A stretch of 32,000 nucleotides of DNA from Breznakia sp. PF5-3 (lineage in GTDB: Bacteria > Bacillota_I > Bacilli_A > Erysipelotrichales > Erysipelotrichaceae). This document shows, piece by piece, positions 18,231 to 26,407 of the stretch. Location: contig NZ_JAQFIQ010000020.1 in the NCBI RefSeq assembly GCF_029504745.1, positions 1 to 32,000 of the forward strand, read 5' to 3'. The position numbers were made by a program, and so were the translations under genes. Below the pieces are notes generated by a model. It ran no database searches, had not been told where the DNA came from, and saw only the letters and a program-made list of their open reading frames with translations. The first letter of the stretch is position 1, and every line of letters starts with the position of its first letter.

Positions 18231-18623
18231 TTGAAAGTGATGAGTAATTATACAAATTCGGATTTTTCTGAGGCATTATTAGAAGTACTTTCGATTATAA
18301 ATAAATGTGAAAAGATGCATGGTAAATTTGAAGTTGGATCTTCCCAATATACATTGCTTACGAATAGAATAAAAGCAATGTATATTGCGAAAATGCTGTT
18401 AACTCACAAATTAGATGATGATTTAAATCTGGGAAAAGATATTAACGAATATAGTAAAAAAGAGTTAAGTGCATCATTGGAACCAATATCTTCAATTCTT
18501 AGAAAATGTGAAAAGGCACAGCGAAAATATGAAGAGGGTACAACAAATTATAATCGGTTTGTAAAGCAGATAAAAACTATGTACATTGTAAAGATGCTTG
18601 TTGAAGAAGCGTTGGAGAAATAA
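18231..18623 (+). CDS. Small protein made of two ~45-aa internal repeats (KCEK...G..Y....IK.MYI.KML); function unknown
   Basis: 130-aa ORF. GGGAG at 18222-18226. Possible starts are TTG 18231, GTG 18237 and ATG 18240. Repeat 1 spans about aa 13-58 and repeat 2 about aa 79-126. Confidence 0.6.
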   Translation: MKVMSNYTNSDFSEALLEVLSIINKCEKMHGKFEVGSSQYTLLTNRIKAMYIAKMLLTHKLDDDLNLGKDINEYSKKELSASLEPISSILRKCEKAQRKYEEGTTNYNRFVKQIKTMYIVKMLVEEALEK

Positions 18624-18638
18624 AAAGGAGGAATATAT

Positions 18639-18992
18639 ATGACACCAAAAGAGATATTATTAAAATGGGTAGAGGCATTTAATGCCAAAGATTATGAGGG
18701 GATTTCAAACCTATATGCAGAAAATGCAACAAACCATCAAGTAGCCAATGAACCAGTAATAGGAAAAGAAGCGATTAAAGAGATGTTTAAAAGTGAATTT
18801 ACTATTGAAGAGATGGTTTGTATTGTTGAAAATATATTTGAAGATAGAGAATGGGCAATTTTAGAATGGAAAGATCCATTGGGCTTAAGAGGTTGTGGTT
18901 TTTTTCATATTGTAAATGATAAGATTATTTTTCAAAGAGGATATTGGGATAAGTTATCATTTTTAAAACAACATAACTTACCAATTGAATAA
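18639..18992 (+). CDS. SnoaL/NTF2-like fold protein
   Basis: 117 aa. N-terminal pattern ILLKWVEAFNAKDYEGISNLYAENA is typical of SnoaL-like/NTF2 family proteins. AGGAGG SD. Confidence 0.65.
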   Translation: MTPKEILLKWVEAFNAKDYEGISNLYAENATNHQVANEPVIGKEAIKEMFKSEFTIEEMVCIVENIFEDREWAILEWKDPLGLRGCGFFHIVNDKIIFQRGYWDKLSFLKQHNLPIE

Positions 18993-19021
18993 TAGAAACA
19001 GAAAGGGTAGATGGAGAAAGC

Positions 19022-20509
19022 ATGGGAAAATATATATTATCTTTGGATTTAGGGACTACTTCCATTCGGGCGGTATTATTTGATAAACATAGTAATATCT
19101 GTGCTATGGAACAAAAGGAATTTACGCAATATTTTGAACATCCAGGATGGGTAGAACAAGATGCCGAAGAAATATGGCAGACTTTGCAAATCCTTCTTGC
19201 AGGCTTGCTTGTAAATCAAAAAATTGATTTTGATGAAGTTGAAGCAATAGGGATTACGAATCAAAGAGAAACAACAATTATCTGGGATAAACAAACAGGA
19301 CTACCAATCTATCGGGCAATTGTATGGCAGTCAACGCAGACAAATGAAATCTGTGAAGCTTTAATTGAACAAGGGCATACGGAATTTATAAAGCATAAAA
19401 CAGGATTACCAATTAACTCTTATTTTTCGGCAACTAAAATTCGGTGGATATTAGATCGTGTTCCAGAAGCCCAAAAACGTGCTGAGGCTGGTGATTTGTT
19501 GTTTGGTACAGTGGATAGTTGGATTTTGTGGAAGTTGAGTAATGGCGTTCATGCAACAGATTATTCTAATGCTTCACGAACGATGCTATATAATATATTT
19601 TCATTAGAATGGGATGGTGAAATATTATCGCTCTTGAATATTCCAAGAAAACTATTACCAGAAGTAAAAGATTCATCTGGTTATTTTGCAACAACATCAA
19701 AAACACAATTTTTTAATTATGAAATTCCAATTATGGCTATAGCTGGAGACCAACAAGCTTCTTTGTTTGGCCATGGATGCTATGAACCTGGAATTGTTAA
19801 AAATACCTATGGAACAGGTTGTTTCATGTTAATGAATACATTGGATAAGCCAATTATTTCTAAAAATGGACTTTTAACAACAATTGCTTGGGGAATTGAT
19901 GGTTCTATTGAGTATGCGATTGAAGGTTCGATTTTTGTTGCAGGTAGTGCAGTACAGTGGCTTAGAGATAGCTTGAAATTAATTGATACTGCTGCAGAAA
20001 GCGAGCAGCAAGCTTTATCACTTAATGATAATCAAGGAGTATATCTAGTTCCAGCATTTGTGGGGTTAGGTTCACCATATTGGGATAGTGAAGCGAAAGG
20101 TTCTATTTTTGGACTTACAAGAGGGAGTGGAAGGGAAGCGATTGTTCGTGCAACTTTGGAATCCATCTGCTATCAAACTAAAGATGTTTTAGATGTCATG
20201 GTCGAAGAATGCAATTGTGATTTGAAGATGCTGAGAGTTGATGGTGGTGCGGTTGAGAATGCATTTTTAATGCAATTTCAAGCAGATATTTTAGGCGTTG
20301 AAATTGATGTAGCACATGTAAGTGAAACAACCGCTTTAGGAGTTGCTTATCTTGCAGGACTGAGTTCAGGATTCTGGACGACAAAAACGGAAATTCTTCA
20401 ATACCGTCAAATAAAGAAGCATTATAGTGCGAAGATGAGCAAAGAAAAACAAAATCAATACTATGAAAAATGGAAAAAAGCAGTGGCAGCAACAAAAATG
20501 TTTAAATAA
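19022..20509 (+). CDS. glpK: Glycerol kinase (FGGY family)
   Basis: Strong GlpK signatures: LDLGTTSIRAVLFD, GWVEQDAEEIW, ITNQRETTIIWDK.TG.PIY.AIVWQS.QT, IAGDQQASLFG, RVDGGA. Confidence 0.9.
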   Translation: MGKYILSLDLGTTSIRAVLFDKHSNICAMEQKEFTQYFEHPGWVEQDAEEIWQTLQILLAGLLVNQKIDFDEVEAIGITNQRETTIIWDKQTGLPIYRAIVWQSTQTNEICEALIEQGHTEFIKHKTGLPINSYFSATKIRWILDRVPEAQKRAEAGDLLFGTVDSWILWKLSNGVHATDYSNASRTMLYNIFSLEWDGEILSLLNIPRKLLPEVKDSSGYFATTSKTQFFNYEIPIMAIAGDQQASLFGHGCYEPGIVKNTYGTGCFMLMNTLDKPIISKNGLLTTIAWGIDGSIEYAIEGSIFVAGSAVQWLRDSLKLIDTAAESEQQALSLNDNQGVYLVPAFVGLGSPYWDSEAKGSIFGLTRGSGREAIVRATLESICYQTKDVLDVMVEECNCDLKMLRVDGGAVENAFLMQFQADILGVEIDVAHVSETTALGVAYLAGLSSGFWTTKTEILQYRQIKKHYSAKMSKEKQNQYYEKWKKAVAATKMFK

Positions 20510-20558
20510 ATAGAGAATGTAGGTATTTTGATTTCGTAAAAGATATTTGTAGAATATA

Positions 20559-20597
20559 ACAAGTTGTGATAAACTTGTATTATAACAATACAAGTTT
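20559..20597 (+). promoter_or_regulatory. Two mutually exclusive hairpins sharing a middle arm (glpK terminator and/or regulatory element upstream of the second GntR gene)
   Basis: ACAAGTT (20559-20565) pairs with AACTTGT (20572-20578). AAACTTGTATT (20571-20581) pairs perfectly with AATACAAGTTT (20587-20597). A T-rich run follows from about 20602. Confidence 0.4.
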
Positions 20598-20637
20598 GAT
20601 GTTATTTTAATACAGGTGATATTTACTAGGAGGAATT

Positions 20638-21366
20638 ATGAGTCAAAAACCAACTACTACACCTTTATATTTACAAGTATATAAAGAGTTGTTGAAAAGA
20701 ATTGAAAATGGTATTTATGAAGTGAATGATATGCTTCCTTCAGAAGCGGAGCTTCAAAAAGAATTTAGCGTCAGCAGAATTACGATTCGAAGATCCTTGC
20801 AGGATTTAGAACTTGCTGGTTATATAAAGATATCGAGAGGAAAAGGAGCTCATGTATTGCCACATCGTCAATATACAAATCTTGTTGGAGCATCTAGTTT
20901 CTCACAAGAAGCAGTAAAATCAGGTGAGCGACCTTCATCCATTATTTTGGATTTCCATGAGATGAAAGCAAGTGGTATTATATGTGAGTACTTGCAAGTG
21001 AATGAAGGTGATGATATCTATTATTTGAAGCGTTTACGGCTGAAAAATGGACGTATTATTGGAATGAATGAAACATACATATCAAAGAAATTTGGACTTA
21101 TAATCAGCGATCAGGATTTGGATGAGAAGACATCTATATATGCACTATATGAAAAGCATGGAGAATCAATTGAACGTGCCGTTGAAACCATTGAAGCACA
21201 AATGCCATCTTCAAGTATGCGCAATGAATTGTATATGAGCGAGGGTGAACCAGTCTTTCGAAGAGAGCGGATAACGTATGGAAGTAATAATCTAGCTTTA
21301 GAGTTTTCAATCAATACGTATAAAGCAAATGAATATAAATATGTAATACAATTAAAAAAAGGGTAA
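20638..21366 (+). CDS. GntR-family (HutC/UTRA subfamily) transcriptional regulator of the second PTS island
   Basis: LPSEAELQKEFSVSRITIRRSLQDLELAGYIKISRGKGAHV plus a UTRA-like C-terminus. AGGAGG SD. Confidence 0.9.
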   Translation: MSQKPTTTPLYLQVYKELLKRIENGIYEVNDMLPSEAELQKEFSVSRITIRRSLQDLELAGYIKISRGKGAHVLPHRQYTNLVGASSFSQEAVKSGERPSSIILDFHEMKASGIICEYLQVNEGDDIYYLKRLRLKNGRIIGMNETYISKKFGLIISDQDLDEKTSIYALYEKHGESIERAVETIEAQMPSSSMRNELYMSEGEPVFRRERITYGSNNLALEFSINTYKANEYKYVIQLKKG

Positions 21367-21387
21367 CAGGAAAACTGTTACTCTTTT
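21362..21387 (+). terminator. Intrinsic terminator after the GntR gene
   Basis: GGTAACAG / CTGTTACT stem with loop GAAAA, followed by CTTTT. Overlaps the TAA stop. Confidence 0.6.
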
Positions 21388-21389
21388 AG

Positions 21390-21418
21390 TTGACATACAT
21401 ATTATAATAAGTTAAGAT
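21390..21418 (+). promoter_or_regulatory. Sigma-A-type promoter of the second PTS operon
   Basis: TTGACA (21390-21395), 17-nt spacer, TAAGAT (21413-21418). Confidence 0.45.
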
Positions 21419-21423
21419 ATGAA

Positions 21424-21437
21424 TATAACATGTTATA
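21424..21437. promoter_or_regulatory. Perfect 14-bp palindrome TATAACATGTTATA just downstream of the -10; putative GntR/HutC operator
   Basis: TATAACA / TGTTATA is a perfect inverted repeat. An overlapping third TATAACA lies at 21434-21440. The same heptamer recurs upstream of the regulator gene. Confidence 0.5.
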
Positions 21438-21461
21438 ACAAGATAGAGTAGGAGGTATCGA

Positions 21462-22199
21462 ATGAAGATATATGATATTCATTCCCATTTGGGAAAAACA
21501 AGTTCTGGAGATGAAAATACGCCAACGCAATTGGTGGAGGATCTGGCAAAGTTTGGTGTAAGTAAAGTAGGAATCAGTTGTCTTTCTGGAATATCTACAA
21601 AGGAACAAAACAACTTGATTGCTCGAGCAATGAAAGCATATCCAGAGCAGATTGTAGGTTATGGTTTTATTAATCCAAAAGCCCCAGATGCATTACATGA
21701 AGTAGATGTATGTTTAAGTGAATATAAGATGAGTGCAATTAAATTTCACTCGTGGAAACATGGATATTATCCTGATAATACACCCGCTCTAGATGCTATA
21801 TTAGATAAAATTGAGAGTTATGGAGTACATGTCCAAACGCATGTGGGAACGGCGCCAATTAGCAATCCATATGTATGGGCAGAATATGCAAAAAAACATC
21901 CTAATTTACGCTTTGTTTTCACCCATATTGGATATTACGAATTTGGGCATTCAACACTGATGGCAATTAAGGATTGTCCAAATGTTTGGGTAGAAACATC
22001 CGGACAAATGGATGCACAGGTACTTAAAGATGCAATTAATATATTAGGATCAAAACGAATTTGCTTTGGTACGGATTGGCCATATAAACCAATTAATATT
22101 GAAATTAGTAAATTTGAGGAACTGGAATTGAATGAGGAGCAAAAAGCAGATATCTTTTATCGAAATGCTGAAAAGCTCTGGGAGAGAAAGAATGATTAA
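21462..22199 (+). CDS. Amidohydrolase-2 (PF04909-like TIM-barrel metal-dependent hydrolase/lactonase/decarboxylase family), paralog A1
   Basis: N-terminal YDIHSHLG (HxH), QTHVG, FTHIG and FGTDWP (strand-8 Asp). AGGAGG SD. Confidence 0.8.
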   Translation: MKIYDIHSHLGKTSSGDENTPTQLVEDLAKFGVSKVGISCLSGISTKEQNNLIARAMKAYPEQIVGYGFINPKAPDALHEVDVCLSEYKMSAIKFHSWKHGYYPDNTPALDAILDKIESYGVHVQTHVGTAPISNPYVWAEYAKKHPNLRFVFTHIGYYEFGHSTLMAIKDCPNVWVETSGQMDAQVLKDAINILGSKRICFGTDWPYKPINIEISKFEELELNEEQKADIFYRNAEKLWERKND

Positions 22200-22581
22200 C
22201 ATATTGATAACAACACATGGAGAGCTGGCAAAAGGAATTGTAAATTCAGCGAAAATGATTATTGGGAAATTTGAGAATGTGGAATATCTTGTCTTTGATG
22301 AAACAATGGGTATTTCAATATATGAAGAGAAACTTGCTCAAATTCTAATGAATGTAGATGAAGAGAGACAATGGTTGATTTTTACGGATATTCTTGGGGG
22401 AACCCCATTTAATACAGTGAGTAAATTTTCCTTTAACAATGATAATATTGCTGTTTTTTATGGAATAAATTTACCTTTATTAATGGAAGCAATTCTAACA
22501 AAAGAAGGAAAAAAAGTTCAAGAAATGGCACAGTCACTTATTAAAACACTACCTGATACAGCGGGTTTAAGTACTATTTAG
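22192..22581 (+). CDS. PTS mannose-family EIIA component
   Basis: MINILITTHGELAKG (phospho-His) and GGTPFN. The ATG at 22192 overlaps the upstream stop by 8 nt and follows GGGAGAG. The track start at 22132 lies inside the upstream gene. Confidence 0.85.
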   Translation: MINILITTHGELAKGIVNSAKMIIGKFENVEYLVFDETMGISIYEEKLAQILMNVDEERQWLIFTDILGGTPFNTVSKFSFNNDNIAVFYGINLPLLMEAILTKEGKKVQEMAQSLIKTLPDTAGLSTI

Positions 22582-22593
22582 GAGGTATAAAAA

Positions 22594-23061
22594 ATGAATA
22601 TTAAAGTATTTAGAATTGATGATCGATTGATTCACGGACAAATTGTTACTGCGTGGATTGCACAAGCAGAAGCAAAGCAGATTGTAGTAATTGATGATCT
22701 TGCAGCAAAAGATACGCTTCAACAATCACTATTACAAATGGCGACGCCTAAAAATATTAATTTAAAAATTTTGAATGTTGCAGATGGAATTGCTTTTTTG
22801 AAGAGTGATGAAGGAAATGATAATACCTTACTATTAGTACGTGGACCTAAACAAGCACTTATGATTATTGATGAGTGTACAGGTGTAGAAAGTATTAATG
22901 TAGGAAATATCAATATGAAAAAAGGTAAGAAAAAAATCTTAGACAATGTTTGGGTCGATGAAGATGAAGTAAAAGATTTAAAAGAATTGGGTACAAAAGT
23001 AGAAGTGGAAGTACGTGCTGTACCTAATGATCATAAGCAAAATTTAATTGATTTATTATAA
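22594..23061 (+). CDS. PTS mannose-family EIIB component
   Basis: FRIDDRLIHGQIV phospho-His motif. AGGAGG SD. Confidence 0.9.
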   Translation: MNIKVFRIDDRLIHGQIVTAWIAQAEAKQIVVIDDLAAKDTLQQSLLQMATPKNINLKILNVADGIAFLKSDEGNDNTLLLVRGPKQALMIIDECTGVESINVGNINMKKGKKKILDNVWVDEDEVKDLKELGTKVEVEVRAVPNDHKQNLIDLL

Positions 23062-23076
23062 AAAAAGGAGACTAAT

Positions 23077-23826
23077 ATGAGTTTATTTATTCAAGCACTA
23101 CTTGTGGCTGCAGTAGTTACAATTGCTTTTATTGATGCACACACATTTCAAACACATATATTTAGACCAATCGTAATTGGACCTGTTGTTGGGGCAATTA
23201 TGGGAGATTTTGACACTGGATGTCAGGTTGGGGTGACGGTGGAATTAATGTTCTTAGCTGTTATTTTCGTAGGAACAGCAGTACCTCCTAATCCAACGAT
23301 TAGTACAGCGATTGCAACAGCTGTAGCGATTTTGGGAGGCGGAGGAACAGATTTAGCTGTTGCTACTGCTTTGCCGGTATCATTTATTGGACAGATTGCA
23401 GAGACGGTACAAAATTCGGTTATTAATGTTTGGTTTATGCATCGTGCAGAACATGCAATAGAGAAGTTAAATACAAAGGGATTAGTTTTAAATAATACAA
23501 TTTTACCAATGGCAATGAATGCACTACTTTATGGAGTACCAACATTCTTAGCTGTATATTATGGAGCAGATTTTGTTGCTTCGATAATTAGCGCAATACC
23601 TGATGAAATTATTACTGGATTATCAGTAGGTGGTAATATGGTTGGAGCTGTTGGATTTGCATTATTACTTAGTTCAATTAAAAGTAGAACGATGTGGCCA
23701 TTCTTATTTCTAGGATTTTTCTTTGCATCGTATTTAGCAATTAATATGATTGGAATAGCATTGTTAGCAGTCGTATTCTCTGCCTTGTATTATTACTTTA
23801 AATTAGCAGATGAAGGTAAGGAGTAA
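23077..23826 (+). CDS. PTS mannose-family EIIC component
   Basis: 249-aa polytopic membrane protein in the IIC position, similar in layout to 7542-8336. Confidence 0.9.
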   Translation: MSLFIQALLVAAVVTIAFIDAHTFQTHIFRPIVIGPVVGAIMGDFDTGCQVGVTVELMFLAVIFVGTAVPPNPTISTAIATAVAILGGGGTDLAVATALPVSFIGQIAETVQNSVINVWFMHRAEHAIEKLNTKGLVLNNTILPMAMNALLYGVPTFLAVYYGADFVASIISAIPDEIITGLSVGGNMVGAVGFALLLSSIKSRTMWPFLFLGFFFASYLAINMIGIALLAVVFSALYYYFKLADEGKE

Positions 23827-23832
23827 TTAGAG

Positions 23833-24648
23833 ATGGAAGCAAAAAAATTAACAAAAAAAGATTTATGGCGTGTTTTTTGGAATCAGATGGCAATCCGAGG
23901 AACAAATAATTATGAACGTCAACAAAATGGTGGATTTACACAAGCAATGATGCCAGTGATTGAAAGGGTTTATGACAATGATGACGATAAGCGTGCAGCT
24001 TATGAGCGTCATATGGAATATTTCCTTACACAAGATATGGTATCTGCAATTCCAGTAGGAATAGCAGCTGCAATGGAAGAAATGCATGCAAATGATCCAG
24101 AGATGGATCCTAGTTCAATCAACGCAGTGAAAACAGCATTGATGGGACCACTTGCTGGATTAGGTGATTCTTTGTTGAATGGAACGGCAAGACCAATTTT
24201 AGCTAGTTTAGCAATTTCATTAGTACAAGCAGGCCTAGGTTGGGCTGGTCCAATTCTCTTTGTTGTTGGAATGAGTATTGTATCGATTGGAATACGTTAT
24301 CTTGGTGTTTTTCAAGGATATAAGCAAGGAGTTAAATTAGTAGAAAAAATTAATTCAAGTGGACTTATTACAAAAATAACAGATATCGCAGCAATCGCTG
24401 CCTATACGATTGTTGGTGGATTTATTCCAGCTCTTGTATTTATTAATATTCCAATTGAAATTGCTTCAGGGGATACAGTAATCAATATTCAAGAAACACT
24501 TGATGGACTTATGCCAGGAGTACTTGGGTTATCATATACCTTTTTGATGTATTGGTTAGTTACAAAGAAAAAAATATCAGCAGTTAAGTTGATTTTCTTA
24601 ACAATGGTAGTAGCAATTGCTGGTGTATATTTAGGCATTTTAGGATAG
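23833..24648 (+). CDS. PTS mannose-family EIID component
   Basis: KLTKKDLWRVFW...ERQQNGGF and GLGDSL motifs typical of IID, with C-terminal TM segments. Confidence 0.9.
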   Translation: MEAKKLTKKDLWRVFWNQMAIRGTNNYERQQNGGFTQAMMPVIERVYDNDDDKRAAYERHMEYFLTQDMVSAIPVGIAAAMEEMHANDPEMDPSSINAVKTALMGPLAGLGDSLLNGTARPILASLAISLVQAGLGWAGPILFVVGMSIVSIGIRYLGVFQGYKQGVKLVEKINSSGLITKITDIAAIAAYTIVGGFIPALVFINIPIEIASGDTVINIQETLDGLMPGVLGLSYTFLMYWLVTKKKISAVKLIFLTMVVAIAGVYLGILG

Positions 24649-24667
24649 TATTACGGAGGTGAAGATA

Positions 24668-25387
24668 ATGAAATTTGATATTCATGCACACATTGTTAAA
24701 GATAAAAATGAGTATGCAATTGATGAATTATTAGCTGATATGACAAAGAATGACATTGAAAAAAGAGTCATCTCAACGTTTGATGGAGATACAATCAAGC
24801 AAGGAAATGAAGATGTAGCAGCTTTGGTAAGACAATATCCTGATAAATTGATTGGATGTGCATTACTAAATCCAGCGTTGCATTCGATTGAAGATGATAT
24901 TGAACATGCATTATCTTTGCCTGAAATTAAAATGATTGAATTAAATTCATTTATACATGGTTATTTTCCAGATCATTGTGAAGGTGTAGAAATTTTATTT
25001 CAATACCTTGCAAAGCATTCAATGCCCATAAAAATATTTTCTGGACTTGGTGCACATGCTTTGCCACATCAGTGGGAGAGGTATGTTAAAAAGTATCCAA
25101 TGATACCTTTTGTTTTTCTACATTTGGGTTGCTTTGATTATGGATATGGTTGTGTTGATATTATAAAACGAAATGCTAACGCTTATGCAGAAACGTCAAA
25201 TCAATATGAGCTTCAAATTTTAAAGAAGGCGTTTTCAGAAATTGATATCAATAAAATTGTATTTGGATCTAGTTATCCTGAACGATTTACAAGGAATGGT
25301 TATGAAATCTATGATTTATTCCCTTTGTCAAAAGAAGATAGAGAGCAAATCGAAAAAGAAAATATGAAGATACTGTTAAAGGTATAA
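24668..25387 (+). CDS. Amidohydrolase-2 family paralog A2 with divergent active-site positions
   Basis: Collinear with A1 (FDIHAH, HGYFPDH, FVFLHLG). It reads IFSGLG where A1 has QTHVG, and FGSSYP where A1 has FGTDWP. The ATG at 24668 lies 8 nt after GGAGG; the track start is GTG 24659. Confidence 0.75.
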   Translation: MKFDIHAHIVKDKNEYAIDELLADMTKNDIEKRVISTFDGDTIKQGNEDVAALVRQYPDKLIGCALLNPALHSIEDDIEHALSLPEIKMIELNSFIHGYFPDHCEGVEILFQYLAKHSMPIKIFSGLGAHALPHQWERYVKKYPMIPFVFLHLGCFDYGYGCVDIIKRNANAYAETSNQYELQILKKAFSEIDINKIVFGSSYPERFTRNGYEIYDLFPLSKEDREQIEKENMKILLKV

Positions 25388-25414
25388 CTATGTATATAAG
25401 AGTAAGGAGTTTTT

Positions 25415-26407
25415 ATGGAAAGAAAAATAAATGCCGATGAGGTAAGAAAAATTCTTCCATCAACGGTTATTAAAGATTTTGATGATATTGTATTTCAAAA
25501 GGTTTTAGGAGCTAGTAAGCATATTAAAATGATTGGCAATATGATAGAAGCAATTTGTATTGAAGACTGTAAAGCAAATGTAAGTGCAGTAGAGTTTCAT
25601 AAGCATATTCATTTGTTAGGTGATTTCTTCATTCAAACTAGGGGAGAAGCATCACAAGCGGTTACGAATGCAATTTATCTGATGTTAGATGGAATGAAAG
25701 AAAAAGTAGAAAATAGTAATATTGGTGAAATAACGAATCAAGTAATTAAACAAAAAAATTGTTATTTTATAAATGCAGAAAAGAATATGCAGCAAGTTGT
25801 AAAGTATGGGGTGGAAATTGCAGAAGCTTGTGAAAATATCATGATTTATGATTATTCGAGTACAGTAGAAGCCATTTTATGCAGTGTAGAACATCCTAAA
25901 ACAATATATATTGCAGAAAGTAGAGCTATCAATGGAGGGTATCCATTTGTTCAACCTTGCTTAGATAAAGGACATAAAATAAAATTTTTTCCTGATGCAA
26001 GTGTTATGTATTATATAAAGGATTGTGACCTTGCATTTATGGGTGCTGAAACATTTTATCCTGATGGAACTGGTTTCAATACGATTGGATCGGACATGGT
26101 TGCTTTAGCGTGTCAATATTACAAAGTTCCATTATATATGGTAACACCATTCATAAAACTTGATGTTCGTCCTGTATATGGAAAAAAGAAAGAATTGGTA
26201 ATCAATGATCTTCAAGAGAAATTAGGGAAGATTGCTACACCTAAAAGAAATGTGGCAGCAATTGATTATCGTACACCCGAATTGATTGGTGTATGTCCTG
26301 AACATATTTATGCTTTTATCACAGAAAAGGGAATAATTCCAAGTACCCAAATGTATGATATAAGTATGAAATATATAACAGAGTTGAGAGGCAAAAATTA
26401 TGTTTAA
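25415..26407 (+). CDS. eIF-2B alpha/beta/delta-like family protein (MtnA / ribose-1,5-bisphosphate isomerase superfamily)
   Basis: Family pattern: LGASKHI, TRGEASQAVTNA, IYIAESRAINGG, FMGAETFYPDGTGFNTIGS, ITEKGIIPS. AAGGAG SD. Confidence 0.7.
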   Translation: MERKINADEVRKILPSTVIKDFDDIVFQKVLGASKHIKMIGNMIEAICIEDCKANVSAVEFHKHIHLLGDFFIQTRGEASQAVTNAIYLMLDGMKEKVENSNIGEITNQVIKQKNCYFINAEKNMQQVVKYGVEIAEACENIMIYDYSSTVEAILCSVEHPKTIYIAESRAINGGYPFVQPCLDKGHKIKFFPDASVMYYIKDCDLAFMGAETFYPDGTGFNTIGSDMVALACQYYKVPLYMVTPFIKLDVRPVYGKKKELVINDLQEKLGKIATPKRNVAAIDYRTPELIGVCPEHIYAFITEKGIIPSTQMYDISMKYITELRGKNYV

